Below are positions 56,958 to 64,000 of a stretch of 64,000 nt of DNA, in pieces. This DNA comes from Candidatus Latescibacterota bacterium (GTDB lineage: Bacteria; Latescibacterota; UBA2968), in contig OZ242320.1 of the NCBI GenBank assembly GCA_965208125.1, positions 2,464,001-2,528,000 on the forward strand, read 5' to 3'. Each line of letters begins with the position of its first letter. Positions within the stretch are counted from its first letter, which is position 1. Position numbers and translations under genes: made by a program. The notes beneath the pieces are model-generated. The model was given only the letters and a program-made list of their open reading frames with translations, was not told where the DNA came from and did not search any database.

Positions 56958-57992
56958 TTAGTGCCAGGGCCACGCAATATGAGACCAGTTCCCACAACTG
57001 GCCGCTGGTTGTCCGCCCAGTGTGAACTCAGTCCGACTGGAAGCGGGACACACGACAACTGAATACGCGGTTGCGAACTCATTGCCTCTTCGCTCAACGC
57101 CGTCGTCGGCGAGATATGTCTTCAAGTCCGACGGTGTTGGAGATCTTTCGCTGTTGTAGGTGTTTTCGAGAAGTTGCGCCAGGCGATTGTATCTGTTCCA
57201 TGTGTCGCGTGGTTGCTTTCCTTTTTTTCTGCTTTCTCGTCCTATCATGGCGTGGTTTGTTCTCACGGCCCAATCCGTTTTGACTTTCGATAGTCTCCAT
57301 CTCGAACATGAGCATTCGAAGATGGCTGCTTCATCTGTTTTGCCATCCGCAGCTATCAGGATCATACCTTCTGTTCTGTCAATTTCGTTCAGGAGCTCTC
57401 GCACATCATCAATAGTTTCACACGTCTCCAGAGCTTCGACGACGAAGCCATACGTCGGCAGGACGACTTTTCTGCTGTCTGGCTTATCAGTTGTGTTCAA
57501 GTGGTCAATGTGCAGCCAGAGCTTCGCCTTGTTGATGCCAGCGGTCGCCCAGATATCTCCCGCAAGCCCGAAGTACATGATTGGGATGCGATCCTTGACC
57601 TCCAGGATAGTGATGTATCCCCATAGCTTGGGTACAAAGGTGTCGTTGTTGTGACCAATCCAGACTTTGCCTTTGGACCGGCAGATGATGCTGCTACAGC
57701 CCTGACTGAGTGCTATTTCCTGATAACCCCAATGTGCTATGCGCTCGAACGGTATCCCACTCCCTTTAGAGAGACCCCGAAATCTGTCACTTATATGCTG
57801 GGGTAGAGAACTGATCCACGCTACAGCATGCGTTTCCGAGTGCTTAGCGCAGTTCTTCGCTGCCAGAATTCGGGCAGCAAGGTAATTTTCAAGGTAGGTA
57901 CCAAAACTACGGCCGAGGCTCTCGCCAAGACGGACGCCAGCAGAGTAGGAATCGTCGGCCTCTATCCTGATTATGCGGGGTATCGTGTCCAT
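56958..57992 (-). CDS. C45 family Ntn peptidase/acyltransferase
   Basis: Autoproteolytic GCSS site, GHNND, GINKA.L, RTNH, RY.RL. Confidence 0.82.
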   Translation of the reverse strand: MDTIPRIIRIEADDSYSAGVRLGESLGRSFGTYLENYLAARILAAKNCAKHSETHAVAWISSLPQHISDRFRGLSKGSGIPFERIAHWGYQEIALSQGCSSIICRSKGKVWIGHNNDTFVPKLWGYITILEVKDRIPIMYFGLAGDIWATAGINKAKLWLHIDHLNTTDKPDSRKVVLPTYGFVVEALETCETIDDVRELLNEIDRTEGMILIAADGKTDEAAIFECSCSRWRLSKVKTDWAVRTNHAMIGRESRKKGKQPRDTWNRYNRLAQLLENTYNSERSPTPSDLKTYLADDGVERRGNEFATAYSVVVCPASSRTEFTLGGQPAASCGNWSHIAWPWH

Positions 57993-58036
57993 GATTTTTC
58001 GGTAGGGTATAACATTTTCGCGGTTTGCAATGAGAC

Positions 58037-58624
58037 CTATTCGATTTTTTGACGTCCATTGGCATCATAAAAAGCAAAGTGACGTGTCTCCTCATCATAA
58101 GAGGCTGCCCGATTCCACGCTTCCTGCACTGGCTTATTTTTCCGCAATAACTGATCCAGAAATAATGTCACGAAGATGGATGTTGACGCGGCATTTTGGG
58201 AATCCAAAGAGCCTATGTAGCATCTCGGATTACTCTTCAGGAATGCGCTTGCCATTGCGTCTGTCCCGCCTACACAACACGTATTCACAACAATTCGATC
58301 AGTCAGTTTTGCATGTTTTTCAATACTCTCTGGCGGCAGGCTTTCGTCCTTTAGCATTGATGTATCAATGCCCTCCATATAATCGCCGAAGACAATCCCA
58401 TTCTCATCCCCATGACCGCAGATAATGATGCAGGGAGGCAATTCAGGTTCACGACTGATGACCTTCAGAAAATCAACAGGTGTTCCGATTCTATAGAATC
58501 TGACTGCCAGATTTAGCTGTTCGGCAAATGTTCGGATTGTATGAGCTTCTTCAAAGTCGCCGATGCATATTATGCCAATGGGATTCTGTTTGGCGTCAAA
58601 TTGAGTCTCAACCGGTGTCCACAT
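58037..58624 (-). CDS. Stand-alone CHAT/caspase-like protein, paralog 2
   Basis: CGHG and NTCC motifs as in 50333..50920; GAGG RBS. Confidence 0.6.
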   Translation of the reverse strand: MWTPVETQFDAKQNPIGIICIGDFEEAHTIRTFAEQLNLAVRFYRIGTPVDFLKVISREPELPPCIIICGHGDENGIVFGDYMEGIDTSMLKDESLPPESIEKHAKLTDRIVVNTCCVGGTDAMASAFLKSNPRCYIGSLDSQNAASTSIFVTLFLDQLLRKNKPVQEAWNRAASYDEETRHFAFYDANGRQKIE

Positions 58625-58667
58625 GTTTGTTTTCCTCTCATCAGGTGTTCAGTCTTGTCTTTTGCCG

Positions 58668-59381
58668 TCAGAGCTTTCTTCCGCTATATATTCCAAAAAG
58701 CCCATATCGATAATGGCAGGCGACTTCCTCAAAGCCGACTATCTGCAAATCCTCAAGTTGGTTCTCCAGCGTATCATAAAAGTTCTCTGGACGAACACGC
58801 GCTTCATCGGGGATATGTGAAAAGGATTCAGAGAGATTTTCCCGCGCTTCATGTTTTTGAATCCATTCTCTCCAGAGGTCGTAATACCAGTTTTCGAGGG
58901 GTTCAGTTGTTGGTAAGACAATATCGATATTCAGAAAGTACGAGTTTGGGGCTAACATATTCAAGATTTTTTCAAATAGCCCTCGTCTTTGTAATTTCTC
59001 CAGGTGGTGAATGGCAAAGCAAGAGACAATGAAGTCGAAAGTGCCCAGGTTTGCTTTACCTTCGATTATGTCTTCGAAAGGCATTTTGATGAAGTTTTCC
59101 ACGTCATATACGGCAAGCCTCTTTTGGGCGGCTGAAAGCATTTCTTCAGAGCCATCGACCGCTACCAGTTGGATATGAGGATCTATAAGGAATAGTCTCT
59201 CGCTTATAATTCCGTCGCCACATCCAAGATCAAGTACTCGCTTTTTCTGAACAAAATGCTGGTAGAATGAAGCAAGTATCTCGAAATGCGTATTTCGTTC
59301 CGGTAAAAAGTGTTGCGAATGATCTTGATATTCTTGGGCATATTCTGTTTCGCCCCACCTGGATTCTTCAAATTTTGCCAT
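58668..59381 (-). CDS. Class I SAM-dependent methyltransferase
   Basis: VLDLGCGDG, VDGSEEML, FDFIVS.FAIHHL. Confidence 0.9.
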   Translation of the reverse strand: MAKFEESRWGETEYAQEYQDHSQHFLPERNTHFEILASFYQHFVQKKRVLDLGCGDGIISERLFLIDPHIQLVAVDGSEEMLSAAQKRLAVYDVENFIKMPFEDIIEGKANLGTFDFIVSCFAIHHLEKLQRRGLFEKILNMLAPNSYFLNIDIVLPTTEPLENWYYDLWREWIQKHEARENLSESFSHIPDEARVRPENFYDTLENQLEDLQIVGFEEVACHYRYGLFGIYSGRKL

Positions 59382-59384
59382 AGT

Positions 59385-60143
59385 CTAATCCGTTCTTTTG
59401 TGCAAGAAGTCCCTCACAGGAGGAAAAATTAGGCGACTATCAGTGTATGCTTGTCCGTGATCAAGACCCGGAATAATGATCAATTTTGCTTCGGGGATTT
59501 GACTGGCACCTCGTTTCGCAGCGTCTAACATAAATGAATCGGCCTTCCCAACATAGATCAGGCAAGGTATTTTTAAAGTTTCTAAAGTATCTTCACATCC
59601 AGACCAATCTCGGGCTGCAATTGTAGATGCGATCAAAGCCTTTGGATCATTCCTCAAAAATTCCTCTCGCCTTTCAGACGAATCATACCCCCAGGCATCT
59701 GCTGCTGCCGCAATGCCACTTTTCAATACGGCAATTTGGTCATCATAGGCTTCTGGGTGCGCAGGTGGGAATGGCGCCATTCCGCCGATAATCAGAGATT
59801 CAATACAATCTGCATAGAATTGGGCGAGGCCAAAGCAAACTTCACCTCCCATTGAATAACCCCAAACATGCGATTTTTTCAGATTGAGATCTTCCATGAC
59901 GGCAACAATATCAGAAGCCCTTTTCTCTATTTCATAGACTGCCGGATCATGTGGTTTATCGCTTAAGCCATGTCCTCTTTCATCAATGAGAATGAGCTGG
60001 TAATCATCGCTTAACTTTTCAACATAACCATTTCTTTTCCAATCTTTTGAATTGCCAGCAAACCCGTGCAACAGAACAAGAGGTTGCCCTTGCCCGACAA
60101 CTTCATAAAAGATGCGAATATCCTGATTTTTAATGAGAGACAT
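59385..60143 (-). CDS. Alpha/beta fold hydrolase
   Basis: LLHGF, D.RGHG.S, GYSMGG, G..D, H. Confidence 0.92.
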   Translation of the reverse strand: MSLIKNQDIRIFYEVVGQGQPLVLLHGFAGNSKDWKRNGYVEKLSDDYQLILIDERGHGLSDKPHDPAVYEIEKRASDIVAVMEDLNLKKSHVWGYSMGGEVCFGLAQFYADCIESLIIGGMAPFPPAHPEAYDDQIAVLKSGIAAAADAWGYDSSERREEFLRNDPKALIASTIAARDWSGCEDTLETLKIPCLIYVGKADSFMLDAAKRGASQIPEAKLIIIPGLDHGQAYTDSRLIFPPVRDFLHKRTD

Positions 60144-60179
60144 TTGAGATCGTTGAGTTTTTTATTTATCAGTTTTCAG

Positions 60180-60662
60180 TCAGTCTTGTCTTTCGAAGAA
60201 GTCCCTGGCCCAGATGAAATGACCAATACCGGCATTTTGAGCCGCCTTCTGGTCAATTTCTGTATCTCCAACCATCACTGATTGTTTGACATCGACAAAG
60301 TGTTTGTCTGCCAGGCCGTTGATCATGCCAGGGTTTGGTTTTCTATATGGTGATTCGATGTGTGGGCACACCCAGTAATCTGTGATCAGGCCCTCGGTTG
60401 CGGTGTTGACTTGGTCGATAAAGGACTTCGCGCGCTCTACCGATAAGGTTCCCTTTTCTATGCCCGATTGATTCGTGATAATAAATATCGCGTCGAAGTT
60501 CGATGCCCTTTGCCTGAGAACCTCAATGGTATTTGGCAGGAGTTCTACGTTTCCAGGGGCGTCCGTGAAAATTTCATCATTTTCTATCCGAACGAGAGTC
60601 CCACCGAGATCCAGGAAGAGAGCGCTATACATGTCGCCTTGGTCAGCCTGGTTTGTTCTCAT
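60180..60662 (-). CDS. HAD-IIIA family phosphatase (GmhB-like)
   Basis: FLDLGGTL, TNQSGI, CPH, RKPNPGM, MVGD...D..AA..AG; start may be 60632. Confidence 0.85.
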   Translation of the reverse strand: MRTNQADQGDMYSALFLDLGGTLVRIENDEIFTDAPGNVELLPNTIEVLRQRASNFDAIFIITNQSGIEKGTLSVERAKSFIDQVNTATEGLITDYWVCPHIESPYRKPNPGMINGLADKHFVDVKQSVMVGDTEIDQKAAQNAGIGHFIWARDFFERQD

Positions 60663-60675
60663 GTGATGTGACCTT

Positions 60676-61692
60676 TCAGGATATAGCTCTCAACGATTCA
60701 ATGATATTCACGACGTCCTTAATGTCTTGAATGACTGACATTCGGAGATTCTTTTCTTTGGCCCAGTCTGGTACCTCGTCACACCCCCAATACCACATAA
60801 ACCGAATCCAACGGTTGAATGGCGCAACAATTTCTGATAGGTAGATTGTTTCGGGATCAAGTCTATTTTCGCGAACAGTTTCATATCCCGTTTTGATCCA
60901 GGACCAGCGTTCTAATTGGCTGGGTATAACGGAAGCCATAACAGATCCCAGAACCAGGACTTCGTTGCTGTAGCGCGACATCTCCAGATCTATAAATCCT
61001 TGTAGAGAGGGACCCTGGGCGATGATGTTGCTATAGTGAAAATCGTCTAAAAAAATAAAACTGCGATATGCCAGAATTGCATCTCTATTTGCCCGTAGGT
61101 CGTTGAGGGAATTCTCTAAGAGAGACTGATGTGGTAAATCGCACGTTTCTAAAACGCCAGCGGATATTTCTATGACTGTGTCAAAGAAGGTTTCTAAGTT
61201 TGCAGTGCAGTAGAATTTGTAGTCAAAACCAGGCTCGCGTGGCAGATTTTGTCTTCCAGTAGTTGCCAAATCAGCGCCAGGGGCAATCTTGACAATTTCC
61301 GCGAGCACCTGTCCCAGTTGATTAAAAAGTCCTTCCCATTCGTCCAGGCTTATATTCTCTTCAACCATGAAAAACGGTAGTCCGGGCAATCGTTCGATTA
61401 TGAGGACTGAATCGTTTTTAATCGGATAAATTTGTGGGACATATCCAGTTTTTTGGAAGAGTTTCAATACTTTTTCTTCCTGGTTTTTTCTCTCTTTATC
61501 ATGGAAATATTTAAAGACGATGGGTTTGCCGTTCAGGTGGCCAAAAAGAGCTGTATTCGTTCCGCCTGGAAACCCGGGCAAATAGTCTTCATCAAGTGTT
61601 AGATTGGGTGTTGCTTGCACGATGGCGTCTATTTCGGACAAAGCCAATGCAAGCCGAGGGTCCACATCGCCGCTTCTTTTGTCTGAGGGCAT
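60676..61692 (-). CDS. APH/choline kinase-like phosphotransferase
   Basis: GGTN, VFK, ERLPG, DDFHYSNII, FIDLE; start set at MPSDK. Confidence 0.75.
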   Translation of the reverse strand: MPSDKRSGDVDPRLALALSEIDAIVQATPNLTLDEDYLPGFPGGTNTALFGHLNGKPIVFKYFHDKERKNQEEKVLKLFQKTGYVPQIYPIKNDSVLIIERLPGLPFFMVEENISLDEWEGLFNQLGQVLAEIVKIAPGADLATTGRQNLPREPGFDYKFYCTANLETFFDTVIEISAGVLETCDLPHQSLLENSLNDLRANRDAILAYRSFIFLDDFHYSNIIAQGPSLQGFIDLEMSRYSNEVLVLGSVMASVIPSQLERWSWIKTGYETVRENRLDPETIYLSEIVAPFNRWIRFMWYWGCDEVPDWAKEKNLRMSVIQDIKDVVNIIESLRAIS

Positions 61693-61762
61693 TTTTGTTG
61701 ATTCCTGAATGATATTAGGGATGGTCTTCTTAAAAAGACGATGATCTATCAGGGGAAAGTAC

Positions 61763-62578
61763 TCAAGGTTTCTGAGCCACTGCCATAATGTGCGGAGAAG
61801 CGCCAAGTAAAGAAGGCTCTGTCTCGAGTTTTTGTATTGCATCGAGAAGTATCTCGCGGCGTTCAGGGTCTTCCAATTGTTCTTTTATATCTCCGAGCAA
61901 CCAGGCGGCACCTTCTATAGCCAATGTCTGGCATTGGGTGAATCCGCATTCAGTGATCTCGACAGTTAGTTCCTCTGGGCGATGGAAGTAGGCAGTCGTA
62001 AAGTAGTCTTTGTTTTCGTCAGGGTTGCGATGTTGTCCGTCCTTTAAGTCACGCGCTACAATTGCTCGAAAGGCTGGATCGAGGATCGCCCCGGTTCTTA
62101 CTCCGTCAAGTAGAGATGCAAATCGCGTGATTGCGGCTGCAAATAGGATCCCTCCTGGTTTCAGAACTCTTCTGACCTCGCGAAGTGCCTTTTTTCGATC
62201 TTCGGCCTTTGTCAGGTGATATAGTGGCCCCATGAGCAAGACGACGTCCATGGTTTCATCTGACCATTTCAGGCTACGCGCATCGCCCTTCTGGATGCTT
62301 TTTAGAGGGTGCTTTCTGGTGCGTTCTTCCGCCTCCTTGAGATGTCGAGGGACGGGATCAATTAGATGGACTTTGTGTCCTTTCTCTGCGAGCCAGGACG
62401 AGTACGCGCCTGGACCGCCACCGACATCGAGGATGTTGACGGAAGTTTGGGGTAAGTACCGATCCAGAATCTGTTTTGAGCGTATGTATTCCAGGTGACC
62501 GCTACCGTCATCGAATCGGTCAATTTCATTATAATAGGTCCCGTAATAATTAAGGATGGATGGGTCCATATTTGACAA
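61763..62578 (-). CDS. Class I SAM-dependent methyltransferase
   Basis: ILDVGGGPGAY, GDAR.L, VLLMGPLYHL, RVLKPGG. Confidence 0.92.
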   Translation of the reverse strand: MSNMDPSILNYYGTYYNEIDRFDDGSGHLEYIRSKQILDRYLPQTSVNILDVGGGPGAYSSWLAEKGHKVHLIDPVPRHLKEAEERTRKHPLKSIQKGDARSLKWSDETMDVVLLMGPLYHLTKAEDRKKALREVRRVLKPGGILFAAAITRFASLLDGVRTGAILDPAFRAIVARDLKDGQHRNPDENKDYFTTAYFHRPEELTVEITECGFTQCQTLAIEGAAWLLGDIKEQLEDPERREILLDAIQKLETEPSLLGASPHIMAVAQKP

Positions 62579-62601
62579 TATCTCCGGTTAAATAGAGGAC
62601 A

Positions 62602-63093
62602 TCAAAGGTATTTCTGCACTTTGTCGGGGTTTATGGGTTCGCAGAGATAGATTGGGTAGTGGTTTTCCCGTTTGTTCGCGTAGGCCAGTATGTGATCTGT
62701 GACGTGTGGGAGTAATTCCACTTTTTCGAGGTCAACGAGGGGTATCCATTTGACCGCTGTCTGATTGGGGTCCGGTTTTTGTGGCATTTGGGGTTCTGTA
62801 TTACCTGTGAGCTTGCACTCGAAGATTACTGTGAGTGAGTGACGTGTTCCTCCCCAGAATGCGTTTCTCTTCGGTTCGTATTCCGTAATGATGAGCGGCT
62901 GACCTATTTCGACTTCGGCGCAGGTCTCTTCTTGTACCTCTCTTTTAAGCGCTTCCTCCAGCGTCTCATCCGGCTCTACACCGCCTCCCGGCATGTTGTA
63001 GTGAAGGCCCGATTCGTCATCGTATTCTACGAGCAGAATGGCGTTGTCTCGAAGAATGAGAGCTTTTGTGCTGACTCTGATGTGTGTATCCAT
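62602..63093 (-). CDS. NUDIX hydrolase
   Basis: PGGGVEPDETLEEALKREVQEET Nudix box. Confidence 0.93.
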   Translation of the reverse strand: MDTHIRVSTKALILRDNAILLVEYDDESGLHYNMPGGGVEPDETLEEALKREVQEETCAEVEIGQPLIITEYEPKRNAFWGGTRHSLTVIFECKLTGNTEPQMPQKPDPNQTAVKWIPLVDLEKVELLPHVTDHILAYANKRENHYPIYLCEPINPDKVQKYL

Positions 63094-63117
63094 TGCGATT
63101 ATTCCCTCAGTTTAATG

Positions 63118-63462
63118 CTATTTTGCAGCAATCGCGACTATTTCTACAAGTGTATTTCCTTCGAGCCTGGCTTCTACACAGGCGCGCTGGGGCCAATTGT
63201 AGGGACCGATCCAGGCGTCCCAAATTTCGTTCAGGATGGGTTTCTTTGCCATATCTGTGATGTAGATCGTGACGGAGAGGAGACAGGTCCTATCAGTTCC
63301 AGCTTCATCGAGGTTTGTGTCCAACTGTTCGAGCGCTTGCCGGGTCTGGCTTGTGAAGTCTGCAGATAAGTCCGGCGCAATGACAGCTGTATAGAGAATG
63401 CCATTGTGTTCGACGGATTCACTGCGACCAACTGCTTTTCCCGGGTATCGTATGATGGTCAT
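63118..63462 (-). CDS. RidA/YjgF family protein
   Basis: QTRQAL..LD..L..AGT, NEIWDAW....PQRACVEA.L...LVEI. Confidence 0.9.
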   Translation of the reverse strand: MTIIRYPGKAVGRSESVEHNGILYTAVIAPDLSADFTSQTRQALEQLDTNLDEAGTDRTCLLSVTIYITDMAKKPILNEIWDAWIGPYNWPQRACVEARLEGNTLVEIVAIAAK

Positions 63463-63570
63463 GAGTACTCCCTGATAGATAGCGTCTTATAATGGAGATT
63501 TATCTTTTGACAGTTCTATCAGCAAGATGGTTTCTATATTGCGTGGAAGAGGAGAGTAAAGATTAATGCG

Positions 63571-63605
63571 AAAAAAGCCTTACAGAGAATTCTGCAAGGC
63601 TTTTT
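63571..63605. terminator. Intrinsic terminator (bidirectional form)
   Basis: AAAAAAGCCTTACAGA-GAAT-TCTGCAAGGCTTTTT. Confidence 0.8.
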
Positions 63606-63634
63606 CTTTTAATAGAGGATCTCGGCGATTTTTA

Positions 63635-63817
63635 TCATGTGCGTTTAATAACGCGAGCAACTCTTTGAAGTCTTCCTGTACTTCCATGGTGTTGTCGCCT
63701 GAGATATTCTACGGCCAAAACCCGCTCTTCTGCGGGCCGACTTAGCCAATAGGCAAGATCTTCTTTTGCCTGGGAATGCGTTGTCAGGTTTCGCTTTCGA
63801 ACGACTTTTTCTATCAT
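63635..63817 (-). CDS. Small conserved-looking hypothetical protein (DLAYWLSRP.EER..AVE.LR type)
   Basis: 60-aa basic ORF with GGAG RBS and a terminator downstream; motif recalled from small proteins encoded upstream of nucleotidyltransferase genes. Confidence 0.6.
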   Translation of the reverse strand: MIEKVVRKRNLTTHSQAKEDLAYWLSRPAEERVLAVEYLRRQHHGSTGRLQRVARVIKRT

Positions 63818-64000
63818 GTGCTTTCTCCGGGATCCCATTGCTTGTATAAAATAAATATAGATTAAATTTCTCGAAAAACAATCATATAACGGTGTTCAGC
63901 ACCTGCCTTGAATAGTCCATGAAACAAGAAGTTATTCCCTCATCTATTTCTATTTCGAAGTAATCGCGCCTATTTTATCCCCAAATCGATTTCGTAAGCC

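Noticed and set aside
56958-63462. Integron cassette array
   Set aside because: Several spacers are too short for attC sites (as little as 3 nt), there are no repeated RYYYAAC/GTTRRRY palindromes, and no integrase.
63950-64000. Possible 3' end of a minus-strand gene at the window edge
   Set aside because: Only ~16 codons visible; cannot be supported.

Overview
Gene-dense 64-kb bacterial window with no rRNA, tRNA, CRISPR array, integrase or transposase recognised. The gene content (9 PhyH/phytanoyl-CoA dioxygenase genes, 4 Cys-type sulfatases, a DUF6785-like membrane protein, 4 orphan ~800-aa MacB/FtsX permeases) resembles sponge-symbiont Latescibacterota/Poribacteria-type genomes; this taxonomy is inference only. 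Best candidate for a new system (1-4425): a sigma54 activator, a perfect -24/-12 promoter with enhancer and IHF-like sites, a 60-aa precursor peptide with a SCIFF/ranthipeptide-like leader but a single-Cys core (GG-CPAGWPSVPPLPFP plus acidic tail), an RRE-radical SAM/SPASM maturase and a methyltransferase. Second theme: ATPase-less permease genes sit between duplicated, diverged fragments of neighbouring genes (ThDP-enzyme 3' end at 8.9/11.9 kb; sigma54 promoter-HAD-C45-CHAT block at 49.9/56.1 kb), suggesting cassette-like insertion or swapping. The middle (17-46 kb) is a large sulfated/fucosylated glycan catabolic region; three of its PhyH genes carry HxG instead of HxD (candidate halogenases). 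Also present: a 165-bp MITE, GTAG-type REP clusters, a HicAB module and a low-GC run of small enzymes. Product calls come from motif recognition, not database searches.
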